Below are positions 9,466 through 19,036 of a stretch of 64,000 nucleotides of DNA, piece by piece (position 1 is the stretch's first letter; every line of letters starts with the position of its first letter). Below the pieces are notes generated by a model. The model had not been told where the DNA came from. It was given only the letters and a program-made list of their open reading frames with translations, and ran no database searches. Position numbers and translations under genes: made by a program. Source of the stretch: an uncultured Candidatus Poseidoniales archaeon (GTDB taxonomy: Archaea > Thermoplasmatota > Poseidoniia > Poseidoniales > Poseidoniaceae). The stretch lies in assembly GCA_963968885.1 (NCBI GenBank), contig CAXAGT010000002.1, positions 843 to 64,842 on the forward strand, read 5' to 3'.

Positions 9466-10347
9466 TCACTTGATTGTAAAAGAAGTAATTACCTGCATCC
9501 TCTGTCTCTTTTTTATGATACCAGTATACTCTCTAACTACTCCCTTGATGGACACACGAAGCCTATACCTAGATTCTTTCTTAGTACCACCTTTCTTGTG
9601 ATGTCGGTAAAAGTGAACGACTACCTTGTATTTCCCTTTTGGTGGCGAATTTTTCCAGACAACATTCTCTACTGGGGTTTTCGATTCTGGTTTAACGTTC
9701 ATATCAACATCTAATTCTCCACCACAACTTGACTTCTTTTTGTTAAAGAAAATTCTCTCCTTTTTTGGCGTGTACACATGGAGGTCCAAATCATTGTAAT
9801 CATCCCACGCAAGGGTAATTTGTACATCTCCTTCGTCCCCGCCTTCACGTTGTACCCTCTCTACAATTTCATTGTCATCGGTGTTTTCAACGACCATTAC
9901 ACCATGTCCCAAAGTTGATTCAGAAACCACTTCTGCTAGTTCTGTGTATACATCTAAATTTTCTGTAACCCACTCATCTCTTTGTCGCAGTAAATTATCT
10001 AAATCCGGAGCGGAAGCTATCTCATCATAATTTACATCCAAAGGTATGGATATATGCTCTAGGGACTTTTCTCTTATTTGTTCTAGTTCTTCTTCTACTA
10101 ATTTTTCAATAATATGATATTCTATTTCAACCCCAAGTTCAGTCATTTCGTCCCTGTAATCTTCAAATGCTTTTATTGCGCCCATAGGCTCCATATCTCT
10201 TGGATCTATTCTCGTATAACCATATTTCATTCGTGCAAAAATATCAGTCAAATACTTTTTTTCTGCCTGCCTTTTTATTAGAATAGCAAACATCAACAAT
10301 AGCCCTAAAAAGATGAATATGATGATTTGGCTATCGCCAATTTCCAT
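9466..10347 (-). CDS. N-terminally membrane-anchored protein with C-terminal DUF2135 (YfaP)-like domain
   Basis: TM segment IIIFIFLGLLLMFAILI followed by KRQAEKK. The C-terminal ~120 aa read VQITLAWDDYNDLDLHVYTPKKERIFFNKKKSSCGGELDVDMN...PPKGKYKVVVHFY. From memory this matches the DUF2135 pattern (W.D..DLDLHV.eP.Ge.....N....GG.L..D......G.Y.V.V.Y). Confidence 0.55.
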   Translation of the reverse strand: MEIGDSQIIIFIFLGLLLMFAILIKRQAEKKYLTDIFARMKYGYTRIDPRDMEPMGAIKAFEDYRDEMTELGVEIEYHIIEKLVEEELEQIREKSLEHISIPLDVNYDEIASAPDLDNLLRQRDEWVTENLDVYTELAEVVSESTLGHGVMVVENTDDNEIVERVQREGGDEGDVQITLAWDDYNDLDLHVYTPKKERIFFNKKKSSCGGELDVDMNVKPESKTPVENVVWKNSPPKGKYKVVVHFYRHHKKGGTKKESRYRLRVSIKGVVREYTGIIKKRQRMQVITSFTIK

Positions 10348-10403
10348 GTATGTTTATTGTCACCACTAGTATTCAAAACTAATGATGGATAATCTTCTCG
10401 AAA

Positions 10404-11450
10404 TTAAGCAAGGAATGCTGCGTTGATTTCATCTAATGAAGCCTTGCTAGGCCTCATTGCTTCAGCAGGAGTATCCAAAAGCGGGATATCAGGCAGGTTC
10501 AAATCCTCAGCAAGACTTGGTTTGCTTGAGTCAAAATACAGTAATCCTGTGACGTGCTTTTTGCCTTGTTCAGCGCCATGAAGTGCTGTCAAAGCTGCCA
10601 TTGCATCGCTTGGGTCATGGTCTTCGGAAATAGTTTCTAGCCTGATAGTAGAACCATCATGAAGAGTGATATCACGGAAGTGTCCTTCTGGGACTTCGAT
10701 CTCTTCCATTGGTTGTCTATTGTCGATATAATCTGTCATGTGAAGTGTTATCTCATTTTCCTTAACGTATTGATAGGATTTTAGCGAACCATCGTTATTA
10801 TTGAAGGTTACACATGGTGAAATTACATCGATAAGGGCAAAGCCCTTGTGAGACATTGCTGCTTTTAGCAAGGAAGTTAGCTGCTTCTTAGATCCAGAAA
10901 ATGATCTTGCAACAAAGGTGCAACCAAGGTTAATTGCCAGTGCTGCAAGGTCGATTGGTTGTTGTTCATTAGGAGCCCCTTTCTTTTTCTTGGAACCAAT
11001 GTCAGCAGTTGCTGAGTATTGTCCTTTTGTCAAACCATATACTCCATTATTCTCAACGATGTAGACCATATCCATGTTCCGCCTGATTGCGTGAATTAAT
11101 TGCCCTATACCAATAGATGCAGAGTCTCCATCACCTGATACTCCGAGATAGAGTAAATCCTTGTTGATAGTGTATGCACCTGTTGTTACTGAAGGCATTC
11201 TACCGTGAACCGTGTTAAACCCGTGGGATTGCCCTAGGTAGTAAGCAGGAGTTTTACTTGAACATCCGATTCCGGACATTTTTGCTATCTTGGTGGGGTC
11301 AATTCCATTTTCCCAAGCAGCGTTGATGATAACGCTTGAAATTTGATCGTGCCCACATCCAGGACAGAGTGTAGATTTTCCTCCAGTGTAGGAATCTTTT
11401 GGCTCGTTAATTACATTCAGTTTTATTGCTCTTGCAGGTCTCTCTCTCAT
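10404..11450 (-). CDS. korB: 2-oxoacid:ferredoxin oxidoreductase, beta (TPP-binding) subunit
   Basis: LCPGCGHDQI motif and TPP motif GDGDSASIG...ENNGVYGLTKGQ. 4-nt overlap with the upstream alpha subunit gene. Confidence 0.93.
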   Translation of the reverse strand: MRERPARAIKLNVINEPKDSYTGGKSTLCPGCGHDQISSVIINAAWENGIDPTKIAKMSGIGCSSKTPAYYLGQSHGFNTVHGRMPSVTTGAYTINKDLLYLGVSGDGDSASIGIGQLIHAIRRNMDMVYIVENNGVYGLTKGQYSATADIGSKKKKGAPNEQQPIDLAALAINLGCTFVARSFSGSKKQLTSLLKAAMSHKGFALIDVISPCVTFNNNDGSLKSYQYVKENEITLHMTDYIDNRQPMEEIEVPEGHFRDITLHDGSTIRLETISEDHDPSDAMAALTALHGAEQGKKHVTGLLYFDSSKPSLAEDLNLPDIPLLDTPAEAMRPSKASLDEINAAFLA

Positions 11451-13351
11451 TGTGATGCCTCCTGTAGTTTTGTTAGGATGAGGTCGGCGAATTTAGACCC
11501 TGATGGTGGCATTCCATCGCTGTACGCGACCGAACTTACTCTTGATACCAATTCATCAGGAAGCTCTTTTCTCAAAATCCCCCAAAGTTGAGCATCCCTG
11601 TTAATCTCCATGACGATTACATGCTTATGTTGGCGAACAAATTCCTCAACGTCGTTGTGAAGCGGTAGTGCCCTGACCCTTAGTTGACTCATTTTGTATC
11701 CTTTAGATTCGACAATATCGTCTATTTCTTGGATAGAGTTTTCCATACTTCCAAAGTAGATTACGCCAATTTCACACTCAGGCTCTTCTCTGACTATAGG
11801 GGCAGGTAAGTGGTCTCTTGTACCATCAATTTTTCTCTTCAAACGCTCCATTAGGTCGTGATAGATGTGAGGTTTTTCAGAGTATACGCCATACTTGTCG
11901 TGGCCAGTTCCACGATATAGGATTGGAGCCATTCCAGATCCAGGAAGGGTCCTGTAAGGAACACCATCGCCATCGACATCCTTGTAGCGTCCGAAATCTT
12001 CCATTGCTTCAAACAGGTCTTTGTCTCGAATTGTCTTGCCACGATTCATATCCTCAGCAGGATATTCAAAGCCTGTTGTAGCCCATCTATTCATTCCTAG
12101 ATCCAAGTCGCTCAAACCGAATACTGGGGTTTGGAATTGTTCTGAAATATCAAATGCTCTCCAACCAAACTCGAAGCACTCCTCGACTGTGCCAGGAATT
12201 AGAACAATGTGTTGCGTATCTCCGTGAGATCCTTCATACAGCATCTGCAAATCTGATTGTTGAGTTCTTGTTGGCAATCCAGTCGAAGGACCGACACGGC
12301 AGACATCCCAGAAAACGCAAGGAACTTCAGCGAAATATGCTAGTCCGATAAATTCCTGCATAAGAGAAATACCAGGTCCGGATGTAGCAGTCATCGCTCT
12401 TCCACCAGCCCAGCCAGCACCGATAATCATACCAGCTGCAGCCAATTCGTCTTCGGCTTGTACAACTGCACAGTTGTCGCTTCCATCATCATCTCTTCTA
12501 AGTTTAGGAATCCAATTGATGATCCCTTCAGCAAGTGATGAGGATGGAGTAATTGGATACCATGCGAGCAGTTGAACTCCCCCGTAAATAGCACCTAAAG
12601 CCGCTGCCTCATTGCCTTCGATGAAGAATTGCTTTTGGTCCCTAACTCTAGCCTCTAAAATGAATTCGTCCTGCTTCTCAAGCTCGTCTCTTGCGTAATC
12701 TCTGCCTAGAGATAGTGCCTTGGTATTCAGTTCGATAGCGCTTGCTTTTCCTGAAAACTGTTTTTCAACTGCTGATTCCAAAGCGCTTTGGTCGATACCA
12801 AGCATTTCAGCAAGAACTCCTACATAGATGATATTGGTTACCAACTTTGCGAGTTTTGGATTGAGTGTTCTAGCCATCTTTGTCATAGGAACAGGATAAG
12901 AAATCACATCTTCCCTGTCCATTACCATTTTGGCATCAGAATTCCAAACTACAACGGTTCCTGATTCAACTGAAGCCAAATCCGCTGCCCATGTATCTTT
13001 GTTGACTAATACCTGGATATTTGTAACATCGCCAGGTGCTTGATAGCCATGATCACTTATTCTCAGAATGTACCAAGTTGGCAGACCAGAAATGTTTGAC
13101 GGGAAAAGATTCTTTCCACTGATATTTATTCCCATATCAAAAATAGATTGAAGGAGAATTAAATTGGCAGACTGAGAACCTGTACCGTTTGCAGTAGCGA
13201 TGTTTATTGTGAAGTCATTGACGACTTTTCCCATTTCGTTTTTCCCCTTCAAATTGATGCGAGTTGTGATTCGCATTTCATTGATGTCCCCCGGGTATGA
13301 AACCACTCTTTGAACATGTTGCCGATGGGTTCTGTTAATTTTACCTTGCAA
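11447..13351 (-). CDS. korA: 2-oxoacid:ferredoxin oxidoreductase, fused gamma-alpha subunit (true start probably ATG at 13234)
   Basis: The N-terminal gamma-like domain (INIATANGTGSQSANL) is fused to the alpha domain (AWYPITPSSSLAE). The first 39 codons (MQGKINRTHRQHV...) look non-native. MGKVVNDF at 13234 is preceded by AAGGGGAAAAACGAA. Confidence 0.93.
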   Translation of the reverse strand: MQGKINRTHRQHVQRVVSYPGDINEMRITTRINLKGKNEMGKVVNDFTINIATANGTGSQSANLILLQSIFDMGINISGKNLFPSNISGLPTWYILRISDHGYQAPGDVTNIQVLVNKDTWAADLASVESGTVVVWNSDAKMVMDREDVISYPVPMTKMARTLNPKLAKLVTNIIYVGVLAEMLGIDQSALESAVEKQFSGKASAIELNTKALSLGRDYARDELEKQDEFILEARVRDQKQFFIEGNEAAALGAIYGGVQLLAWYPITPSSSLAEGIINWIPKLRRDDDGSDNCAVVQAEDELAAAGMIIGAGWAGGRAMTATSGPGISLMQEFIGLAYFAEVPCVFWDVCRVGPSTGLPTRTQQSDLQMLYEGSHGDTQHIVLIPGTVEECFEFGWRAFDISEQFQTPVFGLSDLDLGMNRWATTGFEYPAEDMNRGKTIRDKDLFEAMEDFGRYKDVDGDGVPYRTLPGSGMAPILYRGTGHDKYGVYSEKPHIYHDLMERLKRKIDGTRDHLPAPIVREEPECEIGVIYFGSMENSIQEIDDIVESKGYKMSQLRVRALPLHNDVEEFVRQHKHVIVMEINRDAQLWGILRKELPDELVSRVSSVAYSDGMPPSGSKFADLILTKLQEASQ

Positions 13352-13410
13352 ACCTTGATTTCGTCAAAGATTAGGGTGATGCATAAAACTAGGAGAAATT
13401 TCGGAGAATC

Positions 13411-14439
13411 ATGTCCGCCGAGAAAAGGCAAGAGGCTTGGAAGAAAGCAGAAAAGAAGATTTCATCTGGAAAAACTAAGGGAGTTATCGATTCTTTGCTA
13501 GAAGTCGACGAACTTGGCGAGTTTGCAACTACTTGGAGACTTGCTGCTGAAGTTAGAAGAAATGAAGCAGGCAAAGAACCGACTGCAAAAGAATACAGAA
13601 AAATCGCAGAAAATTATCGCAAGGCAGTAAAGATCAACCCTAAGGACAAAAAGGTAAATTCAGGATACAATAACATCCTCAACGAAATGAATGAGAAAAG
13701 AATCTCAGAACACGCTTTCCCACCTCTTGTCCAAGATGGAACACCTACTATCGCAGGAGTAACATTTGGATTTATTGCTCTAATTGCTATCCTAGCGGTG
13801 CTATCTGTATCACAATCTGCTACAGAAGGTACACTAGGCACTGGAGAAGCAAAAATGACGATCACATACACTACAAATGATGGTTTGTTCAAGACTGAAA
13901 CCATTACCATGGACTTGTACAGAGCCGATGCTCCTGTCCACGTTGAAAACTTCATAACATTGGCTGAAAATAAAGATTATGACGATGTGAAGTTCCACAG
14001 AATCATCGATAATTTCATGATACAAGGGGGAGATTTCACTAACGGTGACGGCACTGGAGGTCATGCAGGAAAATGGTATGGTTATTGTAACGGTCAAGAA
14101 ATGGCAGCTTCATCTGGATGCGCACCATCCTCATGGACTATTCCAGACGAGGCTGACAACGGAAGAATCCACACTCCTGGCGCTCTTTCAATGGCAAAAA
14201 CAAGTGCAGCAAACACAGGTGGTTCACAATTTTTCGTCGTCCCATCCGACTCAACACCAGACCACTTAGACGGAATTCACACTGTTTTCGGAATGGTAAC
14301 TGAGGGATTAGATGTAATCACAGAAATCTCAGAGTTGGAAACCGGACCAGGCGATAAGCCAGTAAGAGATGTTACTCTAGTGTCTGTCGAGATTACAGAC
14401 GATGGAATCAGTAACTCTAGATTCAACTTATTCGGATGA
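13411..14439 (+). CDS. Membrane-anchored cyclophilin-type peptidyl-prolyl cis-trans isomerase (cytoplasmic N-domain, one TM, external PPIase)
   Basis: FHRIIDNFMIQGGDFTNGDGTGGH, SMAKTSAANTGGSQFFV and HTVFG. TM segment IAGVTFGFIALIAILAVLSV precedes the PPIase domain. Confidence 0.9.
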   Translation: MSAEKRQEAWKKAEKKISSGKTKGVIDSLLEVDELGEFATTWRLAAEVRRNEAGKEPTAKEYRKIAENYRKAVKINPKDKKVNSGYNNILNEMNEKRISEHAFPPLVQDGTPTIAGVTFGFIALIAILAVLSVSQSATEGTLGTGEAKMTITYTTNDGLFKTETITMDLYRADAPVHVENFITLAENKDYDDVKFHRIIDNFMIQGGDFTNGDGTGGHAGKWYGYCNGQEMAASSGCAPSSWTIPDEADNGRIHTPGALSMAKTSAANTGGSQFFVVPSDSTPDHLDGIHTVFGMVTEGLDVITEISELETGPGDKPVRDVTLVSVEITDDGISNSRFNLFG

Positions 14440-14444
14440 TTCCC

Positions 14445-14642
14445 TTAGAGGTTTACCCTTTTGAAAAGGGCTTGAGTAACCCATGTTAGCATCATGATTG
14501 TAGAGAATGCTGCGATAGAAAATTTAGCCCATCTCCTAACAGGTTTAGGTTCAGGAAACGCGTCTATACCTGCTTCTTCTAGAATACTTACTGCCTCTGC
14601 AAGAGCAGCGAGTTCTTCCTCGATGGTATCGTATCTCTCCAT
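14445..14642 (-). CDS. Small (65 aa) C-terminally membrane-anchored hypothetical protein
   Basis: ATG ORF with an acidic N-terminal helix (MERYDTIEEELAALAEAVSILEE) plus the hydrophobic segment FSIAAFSTIMMLTWVTQALF. It fills an otherwise empty 270-nt gap. No homolog recognised. Confidence 0.45.
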   Translation of the reverse strand: MERYDTIEEELAALAEAVSILEEAGIDAFPEPKPVRRWAKFSIAAFSTIMMLTWVTQALFKRVNL

Positions 14643-14711
14643 GACCGTCCCATGATGCTGAGTTATTCAAAGCCTGCTTTACTGAGCATCATCCGATATG
14701 ACAAAAGTTGA

Positions 14712-16265
14712 ATGCTGGGACAAATTGGTAAAGCCATGTCAGAAAGGCCGGAGGGTATTGAGTTCGCTACTGTTGAGCGTAGACCTCCAAGACCAACAAC
14801 CACGATGACATTAACAAGAATAGGTGAAAATGGAATAGAAGTTCTACTTGGCCTAAGAGCAGATACCATGCCTGCATTTCCCGGATTCTGGGCGTTTCCT
14901 GGCGGTGGATTATCAAGAGTGGATTCCACAAGCGTAGATGAGTTATCGCAACTTGTTGGAGAGCATGCCAAAGCAGTAGCTGCAATGTCTAGAGAGATGG
15001 TTGAAGAACTAGGATTTGCTTGGGATGGTGAAAAACTGATTTCAGTTGACCTAGAATCTAGAAGAATGGTAATAGAGGATAAGGCAAATTGGTTACCTCT
15101 AGTAAAATCAGGAAAAATTCCATGCTCTCAAGAATCGATTAAAGTGATCAGCAGAAGAATCACTCCTCCTTTCGCACCAGTAAGTTTCGACAATGTATTT
15201 TTGCATCTTCACGCTGGTGACAAGAAAGAATGCCCTCAGTTCGATTTAGAGGAGCAAACTGAGTTTGTCGATGCAATGTGGGATACTCCTTCAAACATAT
15301 TTGAAAAATGGATGAGACATGAAATAAAGGTCGCCCCTCCAGTAGTAAGCCTTCTTCATACATTCGTCAAAATGATTGCAAAGCATGGAAATAACATCGA
15401 AGCCATTTCTGCAGAATTATCATTTACCAAACCCGGAAAAAGAGCGATTTGGTTTGCTTATGGTGTCGAAGTCATACCAGTGCAAACCGCAACCCTACCT
15501 CCTGCAACGCACACAAATTGTTACCTAATTGGAGAGCCAAATAGAGAATTTATTCTAGTAGATCCGGCAATTAAACTTAGAGAAGACATGGAAAAACTCG
15601 CAGTTGCAGTAGATAGGCACGGAGGGGAATTGACAGGAATATTGTTCACACATGGACATTCAGATCACTTAGCGGATTGGGATTTATTGAAAGAAGCATT
15701 TGATGCACCGATATGGGCCAGTAAAGAAACTGCACAAACAATTGAGGCTTCGAAAAAGGCAGTCGTTTCAAGGATTATTACAGATGGTGAATTAATTCAA
15801 TTAGGGGATATGACTTGGACAGCATTACATACACCTGGGCATGATCCCGGACACATTTGTCTTCATTCACCTGCAGGTCTGGTTGCTGGAGACATGGTAG
15901 CAGGTATCGGAACGATACTAATTCCCCCATATTCAGGTAATATGGAGATTTATTTAGAACAACTTAAACGGTTAAATCAACTAAACCCGCACTTGATTTT
16001 CCCTTCTCACGGACCGATTATTCCCTTGCCAGATAAAAAGTTGAATTACTATATCAAGCATCGAGGTTTGAGAAATCAAAGAATACTCGAAGCTATGCAA
16101 GAAGGGCTAAACACGATTGGAGATATAGCCACAAAGGCGTATGAAGATACACCCAACGCTCATCCTGGATTAGCCCTAGACCAAACTCTAAGCCACCTGA
16201 TGTCTCTAGAAAGAACCGGGATGATTATTCAAGACCAAAATAGATGGACGATTGGAGAGAGTTAG
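14712..16265 (+). CDS. Nudix-like domain fused to an MBL-fold metallo-hydrolase
   Basis: Divergent Nudix box (FPGGG...REMVEELGF) in the N-terminal half. MBL motif LFTHGHSDH plus later HTPGHDPGH and SHG in the C-terminal half. Confidence 0.8.
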   Translation: MLGQIGKAMSERPEGIEFATVERRPPRPTTTMTLTRIGENGIEVLLGLRADTMPAFPGFWAFPGGGLSRVDSTSVDELSQLVGEHAKAVAAMSREMVEELGFAWDGEKLISVDLESRRMVIEDKANWLPLVKSGKIPCSQESIKVISRRITPPFAPVSFDNVFLHLHAGDKKECPQFDLEEQTEFVDAMWDTPSNIFEKWMRHEIKVAPPVVSLLHTFVKMIAKHGNNIEAISAELSFTKPGKRAIWFAYGVEVIPVQTATLPPATHTNCYLIGEPNREFILVDPAIKLREDMEKLAVAVDRHGGELTGILFTHGHSDHLADWDLLKEAFDAPIWASKETAQTIEASKKAVVSRIITDGELIQLGDMTWTALHTPGHDPGHICLHSPAGLVAGDMVAGIGTILIPPYSGNMEIYLEQLKRLNQLNPHLIFPSHGPIIPLPDKKLNYYIKHRGLRNQRILEAMQEGLNTIGDIATKAYEDTPNAHPGLALDQTLSHLMSLERTGMIIQDQNRWTIGES

Positions 16266-18392
16266 ATGAAGGATGACATGAGTGGATTTGACCTCAGGGC
16301 TATATGCAATGAGCTTCAAGATATTGGATCTGCTTGGGTCAAAAAGGCATACATGCCACACTATGAGCAAGTTGTTTTGCGAATGAATCCAAAGGGCAAA
16401 GATGGATATGACTTAGTTCTAATTAGAGGAGAAAGAATCTACACCTCAAGAAGGGATAGACCAATGCCTATGGTTCCACCTTCATTTGCAATGCTTTTGA
16501 GAAAACATTTGAAAAATGCAAGACTTGAGAAAGTTGAGCAATTAGGATTTGATAGGATACTCAAATTTTCATTTGATTCAAAATTCGGTCCAAGATACCT
16601 CTACACTGAAGTTTTCAACAATGGAAATATAATTCTATGTGACGAAAATGATGTAATCATTCAACCGATTACTCACGTTAAATACAAGGATAGAACACTC
16701 AAGAAAGGTGAGGTATACGCTCCACCTCCCCAATCATTGGATCCAACTTGTGTCACGAAAGCAGAGTTGTCCGATATCCTTGAAAATAGCGAGAAAAATT
16801 TAGCAACTACACTGGCTTCTGAATTAAATCTAGGTGGAAAAATCGCAAAGGAATTATGTAAATTATCAAATTTAGATTCAAAATTGGAGGCGAATAAAGC
16901 CACTGCAGATGAAATAATGCCGGCTTTGGAAGAACTCATGAAACAGTTAACCAACAGAAATGGAGCATATCTAGTATTGAATGGCTCTGAAAAGGTCAAC
17001 CATGAAGAATTGCACAAGGAAATTGCGGCAAGGTGTGTAGAGGCTACGCCAGTTCTGCTACCAAGCCATAATGGCATGACTACTTTCGAAACTGAGTCAA
17101 TGTGTGCTGCAGTCGACTTATGGAAAGGCGAGCATGACTCGCAAGCACACGAAAGAAGAGAAATGGAAAAATTAGATTTTGCTTCTCCAGGAAGAGGTTA
17201 TTCAACGCCAGTAGAAAAATTAGAAAGAAGGCTCAACCAACAAAGAACAGCCTTGTCAAAATTTGATAAGAAGATACAACAGCAACAAGAAATTGGTCAT
17301 GCGATTCAAAATGAATGGTCGCACGTTGAAGGATTAATTGACCAAATCAATTCTGCTGTCGAAGCAAATGGTTGGGATTTCGTTAAACAAAGCATCAAAG
17401 AAATCCCATGGATTTCCTCGGTAAACGCAAAAGAAAAGAAAGCAAAGGTATTCTTGCCAAATGAAGAATCTGAGCCCGGAAAAGAAGTTGAGTTAGATCT
17501 AACTATGAGCGTTTACCAAAACGCACAGACTCATTTCCAATCTGCTCAGAAGCAAAAGGACAAGACAAAAGGGGCCAGAGAAGCATTGGAAGAGACTGAA
17601 AGATTGCTTAAAACCGCAAAGAAAAAAGAAATAAAATCTCAATCTGATGGGAAAGTAATCAAAATCAAAAGAAGTAAGAGGCTTTGGTTCGAGAGATTCA
17701 AGTACGCAATCCTAAGTGATAACAAATTATTGGTAGGAGGCAAGGACGCTAAATCAAATGATGGTCTGGTAAAGAAACATCTCAAAGCAGATGATATGTA
17801 CCTCCACGCTGATTTACATGGAGCACCATCCTGCGCTTTACAATCGATAAGAGGATTTGAGGAGGACCCAACGCCTCTTTCTACAATACCACCAGGAGTC
17901 CGTGCATACCGACTTTCAGATAAAATGAAAGAAATAACACCGATAACCGATGATTTACTCGAAGAAAGCGCACACATGGCAATTTGCTGGTCAAGGGCTT
18001 GGCAGAGCGGGAAAGGACATGGGACCGTTTACGCAGTTAAACCAGGACAAGTGAGTAAAACCGCACAGACAGGCGAATACATTGGTAAAGGTGCATTTAT
18101 TGTTAGAGGGCAGAGAAAGTGGTTCAAAGATTTAGACATGAAAATTGGTCTAGGGCTAGCCAGTGTCAACAACATAGTGATGCTAATCGCAGGAACTCCT
18201 GAAACGATTAAACAAAAATTTAGCAGATACGTAATTCTATCACACGGCTTGAAGAAAAAAGAAACAGTTGCTAATCAAATCTCAAAATTTACCGGATTGC
18301 CAACAGATGATATATTGCCATGCTTGCCAGGCAATCTTCAGATTGAAGAAGAGGTAGGTCTTCTTTCAAAATACATTACTGAGGAGGAATAA
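16266..18392 (+). CDS. NFACT family protein (archaeal Rqc2/RqcH/FbpA homolog)
   Basis: 708 aa with an NFACT-N-like N-terminus, a central coiled coil, and a DUF814/NFACT-R motif DMYLHADLHGAPSCAL. Its start abuts the upstream stop (TAG ATG). Confidence 0.85.
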   Translation: MKDDMSGFDLRAICNELQDIGSAWVKKAYMPHYEQVVLRMNPKGKDGYDLVLIRGERIYTSRRDRPMPMVPPSFAMLLRKHLKNARLEKVEQLGFDRILKFSFDSKFGPRYLYTEVFNNGNIILCDENDVIIQPITHVKYKDRTLKKGEVYAPPPQSLDPTCVTKAELSDILENSEKNLATTLASELNLGGKIAKELCKLSNLDSKLEANKATADEIMPALEELMKQLTNRNGAYLVLNGSEKVNHEELHKEIAARCVEATPVLLPSHNGMTTFETESMCAAVDLWKGEHDSQAHERREMEKLDFASPGRGYSTPVEKLERRLNQQRTALSKFDKKIQQQQEIGHAIQNEWSHVEGLIDQINSAVEANGWDFVKQSIKEIPWISSVNAKEKKAKVFLPNEESEPGKEVELDLTMSVYQNAQTHFQSAQKQKDKTKGAREALEETERLLKTAKKKEIKSQSDGKVIKIKRSKRLWFERFKYAILSDNKLLVGGKDAKSNDGLVKKHLKADDMYLHADLHGAPSCALQSIRGFEEDPTPLSTIPPGVRAYRLSDKMKEITPITDDLLEESAHMAICWSRAWQSGKGHGTVYAVKPGQVSKTAQTGEYIGKGAFIVRGQRKWFKDLDMKIGLGLASVNNIVMLIAGTPETIKQKFSRYVILSHGLKKKETVANQISKFTGLPTDDILPCLPGNLQIEEEVGLLSKYITEEE

Positions 18393-18394
18393 GA

Positions 18395-19036
18395 TTGTCA
18401 AATAAAGTGAAATCATCAGCAGAAATGTGGGACAATAGATTTGCTGGGCAGGGATTTGCTTACGGTAAAGAACCAAATGTATGGCTAGCGGAACGCATAT
18501 CTCAAATTCCTCCTCCAGAACAAAACAAAGCATTGATTCCCGCTGATGGCGAGGGCAGAAATGCAGTCTGGTGTGCTAGACTTGGTTGGAATACTGAGGT
18601 CTTCGACCTATCTGCCCAAGGCAAAATCAAGTGTGAAATGCTAGCAGCAGAACACGGCGTAAGCGTTGATTACGAAATTGCAGATTTGAAAGACTTACAG
18701 CTTGATGAAGAACAGTTTGATTTGATAGCATTTTCATGGTTCCATACCCCAAGTACGCTGAGAAAAGAAAAATTCTGTAACTTCATGCCTGCACTAAAAA
18801 AAGGTGGGCATCTAATCACTGAGGGATACCACAAAACCCAGATGCCAATGGATTCTGGAGGACCAAAATCACTGGATTTACTCTGGGACCTAGATGAAAT
18901 TCTGGAAGAATTCCTGGACTCCCTTCCAGGAGAAGTCAAGATTGAACACGCTGCCGTTACTTCTACCATATTGGAAGAGAGTGAACTACACACAGGTCTA
19001 GCCAGAGTGGTAAGATTGCATTTGAGAAGATCCTAA
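18395..19036 (+). CDS. Class I SAM-dependent methyltransferase
   Basis: Motif I-like ALIPADGEGRNAVWCARLG and motif II-like FDLIAFSW. The TTG start lies 7 nt after GAGGAGG (18381..18387). Confidence 0.72.
   Translation: MSNKVKSSAEMWDNRFAGQGFAYGKEPNVWLAERISQIPPPEQNKALIPADGEGRNAVWCARLGWNTEVFDLSAQGKIKCEMLAAEHGVSVDYEIADLKDLQLDEEQFDLIAFSWFHTPSTLRKEKFCNFMPALKKGGHLITEGYHKTQMPMDSGGPKSLDLLWDLDEILEEFLDSLPGEVKIEHAAVTSTILEESELHTGLARVVRLHLRRS

Noticed and set aside
9384-10347. tRNA-Gln as an integration site for a genomic island (also tRNA-Phe at 21634..21705)
   Set aside because: I found no integrase, no direct repeat of the tRNA 3' end nearby, and housekeeping genes on both sides.
13235-13351. 39-codon N-terminal extension of korA
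   Set aside because: The sequence (MQGKINRTHRQHVQRVV...) has no counterpart in Kor alpha/gamma subunits as I know them. The internal MGKVVNDF start has a purine-rich element upstream. This is not certain, so the feature keeps the full ORF coordinates.
14456-14470. Palindrome CCCTTTTGAAAAGGG between convergent genes as a bidirectional terminator
   Set aside because: It lies inside the 3' end of the small ORF 14445..14642, and the stem would have almost no loop. I cannot distinguish it from chance.
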